Assembly: GCA_017610205.1 (NCBI GenBank)
Contig: JAFCCL010000004.1
Span: 32,001 to 96,000, forward strand
Direction of reading: 5' to 3'
DNA length: 64,000 nt
DNA from: Candidatus Iainarchaeum sp.
GTDB taxonomy: Archaea > Iainarchaeota > Iainarchaeia > Iainarchaeales > GCA-2688035
Part shown: piece by piece, positions 47,368-57,130 of the stretch
Position numbering within the stretch: the first letter of the stretch is position 1
Layout: the number at the start of each line of letters is the position of its first letter
Notes under the pieces: model-generated
Databases searched by the model: none
Told to the model about the DNA's origin: nothing
The model's input: the letters and a program-made list of their open reading frames with translations, nothing else
Program-made: the position numbers and the translations under genes

Positions 47368-48588
47368 TTGTTACTTGGCACAAAAAAAACATTCGTAAAA
47401 AAAACAGCAATAGTACTTGGATTAATGCTTGCATTTGCAGCATTAAGCACCTCAGGGTTTTGCAAAAGCGAAACAGGCTTTTCAATCATTGTGTTGCCAG
47501 ACACCCAAAAATACAGCGAATCATTTCCACAAATATTTGACATTCAAACAAATTGGATTGCGAACCAGGCAGGTGACCAAAACATTGTTTTTGTAATGCA
47601 TTTAGGAGACATTGTTCAGGATTGGAATGACGAAAGCCAGTGGCAAAATGCAAGCAAAAGCATTGGTGTGCTTGACGGAAATGTTCCCAATTCAGTTCTG
47701 CCAGGAAACCATGATATGTCTTCCAAAGAAGAAACAGAAAAATTCAACCAGTACTTTGGCTTGGAACGCTATAAGGACTCTGAATGGTTCGGAGGAAGCT
47801 ATCCTGAAGGAACAAATGACAACAGCTACCAGTTTTTTTCTGCAGGAGGAAAAGATTACATAACAATAAGCCTAAAGTTTTGCCCTGATGAAAATGCGGT
47901 TAGATGGGCAAACAGTATTCTTCAAAGCAATTTGGACAAAAAGGCAATTGTTGCAACACACGGTTACCTTGGATATAATGGAGAAAGGCATATTCACAAC
48001 AGAAACGACAATGCATGTGGTTCCGAAAAAGAAAATACTCAATACATTTGGGACGAAATAATTTATCCGAACGAAAATATATTTCTTGTCTTAAGCGGAC
48101 ATGTTCACGGTGCTGCAAGAAGAACAGACCCAAACATTGCCGGAACAGATGTTTACCAGATTTTATCAGACTACCAGAGTGAAAAAAATGGCGGAAATGG
48201 CTGGCTTAGAATAATGGAATTTTTGCCAGGGGAAAACAGAATCAGGGTAAAAACCTTTTCGCCATATCTGAATGAATTCAAAAGCGATTCAAGAAACGAA
48301 TTTTTTCTCGGAGAATGCCTTAAAAAAAGCGAATGCAGGGAAGAAGAACTGTGCTGTGAAGGCAAATGCACAAAGGCAAAATGCATTGCAGATGCAGATT
48401 GCCAATCAGGCCAAATTTGCCTCAATTCAGGAGAATGCAATTCAACATGTTATGAAAACATTAAAGAAAAAGAACTGGAAATTCAGTCATTTAAAACATT
48501 TTCTTTAATTGCAGCAATTTCAATAATTATTTTTGGAATAGTCCTAGTCATTTTTGGCAAACAAATAATTGACCAGGGCAAAAGCTAA
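47368..48588 (+). CDS. Exported metallophosphoesterase with Cys-rich domain and C-terminal TM
   Basis: LPDTQ, HLGDIV, PGNHD, SGHVH. Confidence 0.88.
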   Translation: MLLGTKKTFVKKTAIVLGLMLAFAALSTSGFCKSETGFSIIVLPDTQKYSESFPQIFDIQTNWIANQAGDQNIVFVMHLGDIVQDWNDESQWQNASKSIGVLDGNVPNSVLPGNHDMSSKEETEKFNQYFGLERYKDSEWFGGSYPEGTNDNSYQFFSAGGKDYITISLKFCPDENAVRWANSILQSNLDKKAIVATHGYLGYNGERHIHNRNDNACGSEKENTQYIWDEIIYPNENIFLVLSGHVHGAARRTDPNIAGTDVYQILSDYQSEKNGGNGWLRIMEFLPGENRIRVKTFSPYLNEFKSDSRNEFFLGECLKKSECREEELCCEGKCTKAKCIADADCQSGQICLNSGECNSTCYENIKEKELEIQSFKTFSLIAAISIIIFGIVLVIFGKQIIDQGKS

Positions 48589-48634
48589 CCGCTGCAATTG
48601 CAGCAAATACAAGGACAGTAAAGTAAGGCAGCAG

Positions 48635-50380
48635 CTAACTAAAATTACTTGCCTTAAATGTTTTGACATCCTTCCCGTCAAAAAACAGTAAAAATGCATT
48701 TTTGCAATCTTGCTCAGGCAAAGTTATTTCAATTGATTCAAACTCCAAAGTATGGTCAAAGTTTACGGTTATTTCCCTTGAATTAATTTGGCCCCTTGCC
48801 CAAAACATTGCCGGAAAAATCCTTGCTGTTTTTCTATACAGGTCTTTTTTGCTTTCCAGCAAAAAAACACAATTGTCTTTCTGGCTGAAAGAAAACTGGT
48901 TTTCGTCCAAACCCAAATCCAAAATAGTAGAACTTGACAGGGAAAAGACATCCAAATTTTTTTGAGGAAAACTAAAATCAAGCATTGCCTGTACAGAAGC
49001 CCAGTTAACCATAAAAAACTGGTAATCAAAACCCTTTTCAGGAAAAAATAAAATTGCAGGATAGTTTACCAAATAAATTGTACTCTCATCCGGAAGCATT
49101 TCAGCAGCATTCACTGTCTGACTCAAAACAGATTGAGTCATTTTTCCAGCAGCCAAAGGCTGTTCATAGCTTACAAAAAGCGGAGAAAACAAAAAAAAGG
49201 AAATGAAAAGAAAGGCAATAAAAAATGAAAGAATTTTTGACAAATTGCTTTTGCAAAACCTTTTGCAATTCCTTTCAAGAAAAATTGACAAAAGAAGAAC
49301 AAACGGAACAAGTGGAACATAAGAATACCACGGCATCATAAGGCCAAAAGCTGAAAAGAAAAAAAGAAAAATGAAAAACCAAAGGAAAAGAAACAGTACA
49401 GGCTTGTCTTTCTTTTTCCTTGAAAAAAACCACAAAGCAAAAGCAGTAATTGCAATAACAGAAATTAAAACCGGTACAAATGCAAAAGGGTTAACCAGCA
49501 GGGCATAAATCGGTTTTAGTAAATCAATTTTGAGAAAACCAACCGGATAGAAAAGAAGTTTGAAAAAAATAATTGACGCCCTTGCATTGTTTGGAACAAA
49601 CTGGTTTGTGTAACCGCCTATTCTTCCAAGCGAAAAAAGCATTAAGGCAAAATACAATGCAATCAGGGAAAAAAACGGAACGCAGAGTTTTAAAGATCTG
49701 GTTAAACGCCTTAAAATGGTTTTTTCTTTTAAGAAAACAAAGCAGTAAGAAAAAAGAACAAACGGAATCAGACAGCCTGTTTCCTTTGAAAAAATGCCAA
49801 GCCCGCAGAAAAAAATTGAAATCAGGAAAAAACGTTGCTTTTTTTCCTCAAAAAATTTCTTCAAAAACAATAAAGATGCAAGCAAAGCAAAAAGAATAAG
49901 TGGTTCATGAAGCCTTGAAATAAACAAAACGCTGTTCAGGTTAATTGGATTGAGAGCAAAAGCAAGTGCTGCAATAAGGGAAAAAAAACCGCTTTTGTCC
50001 CTGATAAGTTTTCTTGCAAGAAAAAAAACAAGAACACTATTTAACGCATGCAAAGCAAAGCAAAGCAGGTGAAAGGCTGAAAAATTCAGACCGTATAGCA
50101 TGAAAACAAACCAGTAAAGCAGGCTTCCAACAGGCCTGTAATTCACACTAATGAAAAAAAAATTCTCCTCAGGCTGGGTAAAAATATTTACCACCTCGCC
50201 AAAATCAGTGCCACTATGAGAAACTATTTTTATTACAGAATCAAACTCCATCAGCTGCATTCCAAAAAACTGGCTGTATGCAAGCATGGAAACAGCCGCA
50301 ATAAAAAAAACAAGTGTAAGGGTTTTATTTTTTCCACAAGACATACCATTAACTCTTGTATTAAGTTTAATAAAAAGCAT
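48635..50380 (-). CDS. GT-C fold polytopic glycosyltransferase (PMT-like)
   Basis: NYRPV, FALHALNS, FSKE motif, many TM helices. Confidence 0.75.
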   Translation of the reverse strand: MLFIKLNTRVNGMSCGKNKTLTLVFFIAAVSMLAYSQFFGMQLMEFDSVIKIVSHSGTDFGEVVNIFTQPEENFFFISVNYRPVGSLLYWFVFMLYGLNFSAFHLLCFALHALNSVLVFFLARKLIRDKSGFFSLIAALAFALNPINLNSVLFISRLHEPLILFALLASLLFLKKFFEEKKQRFFLISIFFCGLGIFSKETGCLIPFVLFSYCFVFLKEKTILRRLTRSLKLCVPFFSLIALYFALMLFSLGRIGGYTNQFVPNNARASIIFFKLLFYPVGFLKIDLLKPIYALLVNPFAFVPVLISVIAITAFALWFFSRKKKDKPVLFLFLWFFIFLFFFSAFGLMMPWYSYVPLVPFVLLLSIFLERNCKRFCKSNLSKILSFFIAFLFISFFLFSPLFVSYEQPLAAGKMTQSVLSQTVNAAEMLPDESTIYLVNYPAILFFPEKGFDYQFFMVNWASVQAMLDFSFPQKNLDVFSLSSSTILDLGLDENQFSFSQKDNCVFLLESKKDLYRKTARIFPAMFWARGQINSREITVNFDHTLEFESIEITLPEQDCKNAFLLFFDGKDVKTFKASNFS

Positions 50381-50416
50381 CCTATTTTAAAAAAAAGACT
50401 TGGCATAAAAGCAAAA

Positions 50417-51124
50417 TCAAAAAACCAAACCTTCTTTTTGAAGCATTTTCTTCAGCTTATACAAAGAAAAAGCAAACGAGAGTGTTTCCATGTTTATCTT
50501 CATTTTGCTTCCGTGAACATAGCTCCAGTTAATAGGAATCTCGCCAATTGAAGAATTTTTTGCTTTTAATCTTGCAAGCAATTCAACATCAAAAATCCAC
50601 CTGTCTGAAACCAATGAAGGCAAAACATGCTTTGCAATTTCACTTCTAAAGCCCTTAAAGCCGCATAACAAATCACTGCAGCCAAAGCCAAAAAGCCAAT
50701 CAGCATAAAAATTAAAAAGTTTGCTTAAAACCATTTTCACAAAAGGCTTTTTTGAAATAATTTTAGAATCAGGCAGGTTCCTTGAACCAAACACTGCATC
50801 AAATTTTCTTAAAGCAGAACGCATCTTTGGAAGCTGGGAAGCAGACGTTGCCCCATCAGCATCTGCAATCACAATAAAATCACCTTTGGCAGCCATTATT
50901 CCGGTTCTAACCGCAGCTCCCTTTCCAAGATTTCTTTCATGCTTCAAAATCCTAACCTGTTTTTTAAAACTGTTTAAAATCTGCAATGTTGCATCAGAAC
51001 TTCCGTCGTCAACAACAATCAGCTCGCCAACCCAGGAATTCTTTTCCGCAAAATCAACAAGCTCTTTGAGAAATGGCACAATTCTATCCTGCTCATTAAA
51101 TGCCGGAACAACAACAGAAAGCAT
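50417..51124 (-). CDS. GT2 polyprenol-phosphate glycosyltransferase (ALG5/DPM-like)
   Basis: VVPAFNE, VDDGSSD, GKGAAV, DADG, CGFK, FDVE. Confidence 0.92.
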   Translation of the reverse strand: MLSVVVPAFNEQDRIVPFLKELVDFAEKNSWVGELIVVDDGSSDATLQILNSFKKQVRILKHERNLGKGAAVRTGIMAAKGDFIVIADADGATSASQLPKMRSALRKFDAVFGSRNLPDSKIISKKPFVKMVLSKLFNFYADWLFGFGCSDLLCGFKGFRSEIAKHVLPSLVSDRWIFDVELLARLKAKNSSIGEIPINWSYVHGSKMKINMETLSFAFSLYKLKKMLQKEGLVF

Positions 51125-51216
51125 GAGTATTTACCTTTTGAAAACTGTTAATAATCAAAACCAAAACATTTTATTGCAGTTTTCATCTTTATTTGCACCA
51201 CTGGCAATTGAACATA

Positions 51217-51930
51217 TTAAGGATAACCATAGACGTCACAAGAATAATCCGAAAAACAATCAGAGTCATCACAGTCAGGAAGACTGTCAGCGTCATTGTC
51301 AAACGAGTCAGAACAATTATACTCAGTTCCATACTCACAGGTTCCACCACCAGGACCAGCTAGACCGTCACAGTCTTCATCAGCACAATCTATATCACCG
51401 TCACCGTCATCATCAATGCTATTGTTGCAGATTTCTGTTGGAGATGGGGGAGAAACTACTTCACCAGAAGATAATCCGGTAATCACAACAGATTGTTCAA
51501 GTTCAAAAATGTCAGTATAGTCCATGTTAATTGTTCCTGAACCACTGCCTGAATAGTTGATTCCTGCAAACAACAATTCACCACCTGCCAAAATCACAAT
51601 ATCGTATTCACCATTATCACTAATCGACACATCATTCAAAAAAACCGACGGGCTAAAGCCAAAACTTCCCTTAAGGTCAACATCGGTAACAGTAATTCTT
51701 CCACCAGTAGCATTTTGAAGCAAAACAGTTACTTGGCCTCCATCAGTACTGTTGCCTTTGACCAGTATTTTTCCAGGGACTGATGATGAAAAAGAAAGAG
51801 TCTCTGTTGGTGGCGAAATAATGAAAACCATGACCCCTATAATTGTTGCGATTATTATAAGCGCCCATCCATAAGTTACTAAATATTCAAGACCAGCCTG
51901 GGCTTTTGAACTAAGGGGATTTAAAACCAT
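51217..51930 (-). CDS. Class III signal (pilin-like) protein with Cys-Asp repeats
   Basis: KAQAGLEYLVTYGW, QNATGGRI; EICNNSIDDDGDGDIDCADEDC and a second degenerate copy. Confidence 0.85.
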   Translation of the reverse strand: MVLNPLSSKAQAGLEYLVTYGWALIIIATIIGVMVFIISPPTETLSFSSSVPGKILVKGNSTDGGQVTVLLQNATGGRITVTDVDLKGSFGFSPSVFLNDVSISDNGEYDIVILAGGELLFAGINYSGSGSGTINMDYTDIFELEQSVVITGLSSGEVVSPPSPTEICNNSIDDDGDGDIDCADEDCDGLAGPGGGTCEYGTEYNCSDSFDNDADSLPDCDDSDCFSDYSCDVYGYP

Positions 51931-52170
51931 AGCTAAAATATAAAAAGCAAACTAATATATAAAAGCTTATTTTATCAAACTTTGAGAAAAAAATTATTTA
52001 AAACAATAAACAGGTTTCAAGAACAGGCCTTGCCTGGGGTTTTTTTGCATTCAAAAAAAGAGAAGCAGGAAGAAGTATTTAATTATTACATTGCTCAAAG
52101 GATAGCTATTTTTAAACTTTATAATAATAATAATATCATTAATGAACTTCTTTTTGAAGAGGTGTTTTTT

Positions 52171-53604
52171 TTGAAGATTAACCCGTATATTTTTAGAAAC
52201 TATGACATTCGAGGCATTGTTCCAGACGAATTAAATGACAAAGAAGTTGAAGCCATAGGAAAGGCTTTTGGAACCTTTTTGCGAAGAAGAAAAATACTGC
52301 AGGCAGTAGTAGGCAGGGATTGCCGTTTAAGCGGAAAAAAATTTCAAAAAATATTCATCAAAGCTTTGACTGAAATTGGAATTGATGTCATAGACATTGG
52401 AATGGTTATGACTCAAATGGTTTACTATGGGCAATACAGATTCCAGACTAATGGAGGAACCATGATTACCGCATCCCACAACCCGCATAATTTTAATGGA
52501 TTTAAACTGTGCATTGGTTTTTCCAAAACCACTGAAATTAAGGAATTGGAGGAAATAAGAAAAACTGTGGAAACTGAAAATTATTTCAAATCCGAAAAAA
52601 AGGGAACAGTGGTAAAAAAAGACATCAAAGACGATTACAACAATGATGTCCTGAAAAGAGTGAAGATTAAAAAAAAGTTTAAAGTGGTTGTTGATTTTAG
52701 GCACGGTACACCTGCACTCTATGTGCCTGAGTTGTTCAAAATGGCTGGCTGTGAAGTAATTAGTAAAAGAGCCAATGTTGACGGAAGCTTTCCTGATGGA
52801 ACACCTGACCCTACAGACGAACGTTTTATGAAAGAACTGGCTAAAAGCGTTGTGGAAGAAAAAGCCGATTTTGGAATGGCTTTTGACGGAGACGGGGACA
52901 GAATTGGCACAGTTGACGAAAAAGGAAGGATTTTGTGGAACGATGTGCTTGTAGCAATTTTTGCAAAAGAAATACTTGGAAGGTTTCCTAAATCAAAAAT
53001 AATTTACAACACGCTTTGTTCACAGGTTGTTAAAAAAGTCATTGAAAAAAATGGCGGAATTCCAATTATGTGGCTGACAGGACATGCATTCATTAAATCC
53101 AAAATTGCTGAAGAAGACGCCGCTTTTGGCGGGGAATTATCAGGGCACTTCTTTTTCAACGAAAACGCTTACGGCCATGATGACGGCACCTACGCCGCTC
53201 TGAGGCTAATGGAATATTTGTCTGAAAAAAACCAGTCACTAAGCCAATTGTATGAAAGTTTTCCGGCATATATTTCTTCGCCTGAAATAAAAATAGGCTG
53301 CCCAGATGACAAAAAGGTTGAGATAATAAAGGATGTGTCTAAAAAATTCAAAAAGAAATTTCCAAACGCAACAATCACCGATGAAAACATTATACCAGAC
53401 GATGACGGAACAAGAGCTGATTTCGATGACGGAATGATTATTTTTAGACACTCACAAAACGGCCCTTATATTACAATTAAATTTGAGGCAAAAGACCAAA
53501 AAACATATGACGAAAGAAAAGTCTATGTCAGAAAAATGCTTGAAAGCTATCCTGAAATGATTTGGAAAGACCAATTATGCGTTAACTTGGATTCATTGAA
53601 ATAG
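52171..53604 (+). CDS. Phosphomannomutase/phosphoglucomutase
   Basis: YDIRG, TASHNP, DGDGDR, GELSGH; TTG start after GAGGTG. Confidence 0.93.
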   Translation: MKINPYIFRNYDIRGIVPDELNDKEVEAIGKAFGTFLRRRKILQAVVGRDCRLSGKKFQKIFIKALTEIGIDVIDIGMVMTQMVYYGQYRFQTNGGTMITASHNPHNFNGFKLCIGFSKTTEIKELEEIRKTVETENYFKSEKKGTVVKKDIKDDYNNDVLKRVKIKKKFKVVVDFRHGTPALYVPELFKMAGCEVISKRANVDGSFPDGTPDPTDERFMKELAKSVVEEKADFGMAFDGDGDRIGTVDEKGRILWNDVLVAIFAKEILGRFPKSKIIYNTLCSQVVKKVIEKNGGIPIMWLTGHAFIKSKIAEEDAAFGGELSGHFFFNENAYGHDDGTYAALRLMEYLSEKNQSLSQLYESFPAYISSPEIKIGCPDDKKVEIIKDVSKKFKKKFPNATITDENIIPDDDGTRADFDDGMIIFRHSQNGPYITIKFEAKDQKTYDERKVYVRKMLESYPEMIWKDQLCVNLDSLK

Positions 53605-53617
53605 AGGACAGGATGAA

Positions 53618-54394
53618 ATGAAGAAATCCATTGAATTGGAAACCGCGATTAAGGCAGCAAAGGAAGCCGGAAAAATTCTTTACGAGAGTGCGCAGACAGC
53701 AGTTGTTGTGGAAAAAAAAGACAGGCAGGATATTTGTACTGACGCTGATTTGAAGTCCGAAAAGAAAATAATTGAAATTCTGGAAAAGCAGTTTCCAGAA
53801 CACAACATTGTTTCAGAGGAAAAGGGAAGGATTGAAAAGGAATCAGAATTTACATGGATAATTGACCCATTAGATGGAACAAAGAACTATATTAGGGGCA
53901 TGACTATTTTCACTGTTTCAATTGCTTTGGCAAAAGGCAGCGAAATAATTCTTGGGGCGGTCTTTGAGCCGGCAACAGGCAGAATGTATTATGCCGAGAA
54001 AGGCAAAGGTGCCTTTGTAGATGGACAAAAGATGAAGGTCTCAAAAATTTCTGAATTGGAAGATGCTCTGGTATATTTTGATAAGGGAAACTTATCCAAC
54101 CTTGACAAAAATGAATGGGAAAAAGTAAACAGCCTGCAAAAATCTGTTTACAGAATAAGGGATTTTGGATTAGGGTCACTTGCACTATGCTATCTTGCAC
54201 TAGGCGGTTATGATGCCTACATTGGCGGCAATACAACTAAGATAATGGATATTGCAGCAGGAATAATTATTGCACAGGAAGCAGGTGCAAAAATTAGCGA
54301 CCAAAAAGGCGGAAAGATTAACTTGTTTGAAAGCAGGAAGATAATTGCAAGCAATGGCCTTTTGGACAAACAGTTGTTGAAAATTTTTGAGTAG
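53618..54394 (+). CDS. Inositol monophosphatase / FBPase family
   Basis: SEE, WIIDPLDGTKNY, DIAAG. Confidence 0.9.
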   Translation: MKKSIELETAIKAAKEAGKILYESAQTAVVVEKKDRQDICTDADLKSEKKIIEILEKQFPEHNIVSEEKGRIEKESEFTWIIDPLDGTKNYIRGMTIFTVSIALAKGSEIILGAVFEPATGRMYYAEKGKGAFVDGQKMKVSKISELEDALVYFDKGNLSNLDKNEWEKVNSLQKSVYRIRDFGLGSLALCYLALGGYDAYIGGNTTKIMDIAAGIIIAQEAGAKISDQKGGKINLFESRKIIASNGLLDKQLLKIFE

Positions 54395-54400
54395 AAAATT

Positions 54401-55366
54401 CTATTCGGATTCTTCTCTAAAAAATTCTGCAGCGTGCTCTGGAGAAACGGTGTTTATGATGCAGCCAGTGCAGTTTTCAAAACCACCCCAGGTAATTAAA
54501 CGCGGTACAATTTTTACGTGAATGTGGTGTTTTTTTCCAGGAGGTGCTTCGTGAAAGTAAACATTGAACGGAGCCTGCAATTCTGAAATTTTTGAAAGAG
54601 TTTTTTTCAAAAGCTCTGCAAGTTGCAATATCTCGTCATTGTTCAAATCTGAAAAATGGTTAACGTGTTTTTTTGGAAAAATGCCTGCTTCAAACTCAAA
54701 AATCGAAGCATAAGGAGTAAATGCAAGAAATGAATCATTTTCAGAAATTCTTCTAGGCCCCTTTCTTTCAAGACTAACAACCTTGCAATAGGGGCATTTC
54801 CTATGCTTTTTATGATACTTTGCAATTGCCTTTATTTCCCTTTCAATATTTGCAGGAAGCTTGTTGTAGGCAATTGTTTGCGTGTGCTCGTGCACTAATG
54901 AAGTGCCTGCTTCAAGCCCGTGATTTTTAAACATTGCCACAAATTTTATGCCTGGAATTTTATACAGGGCATCACGCCTTTTGAACAAAAGGCTCAAATA
55001 CTTTGCAATTCTTTCAACAGGCAATTCATGAAATTGCTGCTTGTGTCGTGGAGTTTCAACAATAACTTCGTGCTTTCCAAAAGCGTCTCCTTTAGTAAAA
55101 AACTCGCCCTCGGTTTTGACCTGCGGCTTTCCTTCAGTTGTAACCGCAGGAAACTTGTTTTCAAAAACTCTTAGAACCCACTCCCCGTTTTCTTCAACGC
55201 GGGCAATCTCAGGAGGAGTCATTTTTTCATTTCCCTGACAAAAAGGACAGGGGCCTGAATCATTAATCTTTGGATGTTGTTTGATGAAATCACGCGGCCT
55301 TTTGGCCCGCTCGGTGTTGACAATCACCCATCTGTCAAAAATATAATCCTTTCTAAGCTCGTGCAT
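54401..55366 (-). CDS. galT: Galactose-1-phosphate uridylyltransferase family
   Basis: RAKRP, CPFC, NKFP, HEVIVE, GTSLVHEHTQ. Confidence 0.9.
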   Translation of the reverse strand: MHELRKDYIFDRWVIVNTERAKRPRDFIKQHPKINDSGPCPFCQGNEKMTPPEIARVEENGEWVLRVFENKFPAVTTEGKPQVKTEGEFFTKGDAFGKHEVIVETPRHKQQFHELPVERIAKYLSLLFKRRDALYKIPGIKFVAMFKNHGLEAGTSLVHEHTQTIAYNKLPANIEREIKAIAKYHKKHRKCPYCKVVSLERKGPRRISENDSFLAFTPYASIFEFEAGIFPKKHVNHFSDLNNDEILQLAELLKKTLSKISELQAPFNVYFHEAPPGKKHHIHVKIVPRLITWGGFENCTGCIINTVSPEHAAEFFREESE

Positions 55367-55506
55367 TAATGGCTCACTAAGGCAATTATAATACGGAAAG
55401 GGCATTTAAATCTTGCCCAACTCCAAAAAGAATAAAAACACGGAATTGCCGGCTATTGTCTAAGGCAAAAGGAATAAAAAGAGGGAAACTGTTACTTGTT
55501 TTGATT

Positions 55507-56496
55507 ATGGCTTTTGACATTGTAAGCATTGGAAATGCAACAATTGACGCTTTTATCTGCGTTGATGGAAAGGTCAAAGAAGGCAATTTGCTTTTACCTG
55601 TTGGTTCAAAGAAAGAAATACAAAGCATTTTTTACAGCACAGGCGGCGGAGCAACAAACACTGCTGTTGGATTCAAAAGGCTTGGATTAAAGACAGGGAT
55701 TTTGGCGGCGGTTGGAAATGACCCAGGCGGAAAAATTGTACTGCGTGAGTTGAAAAAAGAGGGGATTAGCACAAGGCTTATTTCAAGGCTGCAAAATTAT
55801 GAAACAGCTTACAGTGCAATTTTAACAGGTTTTGGACACGACAGAATTATCCTGGTTTATGGAGGGGCTATAAGGCATTTGGGAGAAGAAAGACAGGTGC
55901 ATTGGTCATGGCTAAGCCAAACAAAGTGGATGCATATAACAAGTTTTCATGCAAAACTGGAAATTATGAAAAAGATTCTTGGCTTTGCCGAGAAAAAAGG
56001 AATAAGTGTTTCATTCAACCCAGGAATGAGCGAAATAAGCCTTGGACTAAAAAAAATAATCCCGTTGCTAAAAAAAGTTGACATTCTTCTGCTTAACAGA
56101 AAGGAAGCTAAAATTTTAACAAAAGAAAAGAACGTGAAAAAACAACTGCAAAAACTTCAGGAAATTGTCCCACTTGTTGTTGTAACAGAAGACAAAAAGG
56201 GCGCGCATGCATTTGACGGAAGCTTTTACTACTACAAGCCTGCATTAAATGCAAAAATTGCTGACACAACAGGCGCAGGAGACGCATTCCACGCAGGGTT
56301 TGTTTCACAAATAGTAAAAGGAAGAAGCGTTGAAAAGGCCTTGAATGCAGGAACTGCAAATGCAACAAGCACAATAATGCATTTTGGTGCAAAAAACAAA
56401 TTGCTTACACAACACGGAATTGAAGAATTCCTTGAAAAGCATGAAACAAACAGGACAAAAGTTAAAAAAAACAGAATGACTTACAAAGCCCACTAA
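55507..56496 (+). CDS. PfkB family carbohydrate kinase
   Basis: GGGATNTA, DTTGAGDAF. Confidence 0.92.
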   Translation: MAFDIVSIGNATIDAFICVDGKVKEGNLLLPVGSKKEIQSIFYSTGGGATNTAVGFKRLGLKTGILAAVGNDPGGKIVLRELKKEGISTRLISRLQNYETAYSAILTGFGHDRIILVYGGAIRHLGEERQVHWSWLSQTKWMHITSFHAKLEIMKKILGFAEKKGISVSFNPGMSEISLGLKKIIPLLKKVDILLLNRKEAKILTKEKNVKKQLQKLQEIVPLVVVTEDKKGAHAFDGSFYYYKPALNAKIADTTGAGDAFHAGFVSQIVKGRSVEKALNAGTANATSTIMHFGAKNKLLTQHGIEEFLEKHETNRTKVKKNRMTYKAH

Positions 56497-56519
56497 AAAA
56501 CAGAATGGCTTATACATAA
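56466..56519 (+). repeat. Duplicated 3' end of the PfkB gene (18 bp, 1 mismatch)
   Basis: 56466-56483 / 56495-56512; KNRMTYKAH* vs KNRMAYT*. Confidence 0.7.
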
Positions 56520-56938
56520 TCTATTTTTTCTTTTAAAAAATCAATTGCCTTTTTAAGAACTGTTTTTGTATTTTTGAAGGAGAGCCTTTTCATTGCCTTT
56601 TCATAGGAAAGCCATTCAAAGCCCTTGTGCTCGTGTGAAATTTCCACATTTCCGGCAGGCGATTCTGCAAGGTAGAATGCAACTTCTTTGAATACTGTTT
56701 CTTTTCCTCTTCTGAAATAGTATTTTGTATACTGTCTAAAGCCTTTGGCTATAAGAATGTTCTGCAGGAAGGTTTCTTCTTGTACCTCGCGCCTTAGGGT
56801 TTGTTCCTCTGTTTCGCCTTGTTCAACGTGGCCTTTTGGAAAACCCCAGTGCCCTGCTTTATAATGCAACAGCAAAAATTCTTTTCCAGAATCCTTTTTT
56901 CTGAACAAAGCACATCCTACTGATTTTTCTTTGACCAT
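56510..56938 (-). CDS. NUDIX hydrolase (Ap4A hydrolase-like)
   Basis: HWGFPKGHVEQGE...REVQEET, SHEH. Confidence 0.92.
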   Translation of the reverse strand: MVKEKSVGCALFRKKDSGKEFLLLHYKAGHWGFPKGHVEQGETEEQTLRREVQEETFLQNILIAKGFRQYTKYYFRRGKETVFKEVAFYLAESPAGNVEISHEHKGFEWLSYEKAMKRLSFKNTKTVLKKAIDFLKEKIDYV

Positions 56939-56978
56939 TTAGATAAAAAAAGGGGGAAAATTATTTTAAGGGAATTGA

Positions 56979-57130
56979 ACAGCCTGCTGTATTATCGAGC
57001 ATCCGAAGGATGTGAAGATGGTACTCGCGCCAGCCCCGCGTGTGGGTTGCCGGGCGTGACGGCTTAGTTGAGATTGTGTCATTGAGTTCAAACGAAAATG
57101 GCACCCGCACCAGCCGGGCGTGACGGCTGC
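56979..57130. other. GC-rich palindromic intergenic element with internal duplication
   Basis: gccgggcgtgacggct at 57049 and 57113; 22-mers at 57014 and 57094 (4 mismatches). Confidence 0.5.

Noticed and set aside
51982-52170. N-terminal extension of the phosphomannomutase
   Set aside because: AT-rich promoter-like sequence; the RBS and family N-terminus point to the TTG at 52171.
56979-57130. 5S rRNA or group II intron domain V
   Set aside because: Only fragmentary resemblance; the required helices cannot be formed, and the internal duplication is inconsistent with either.
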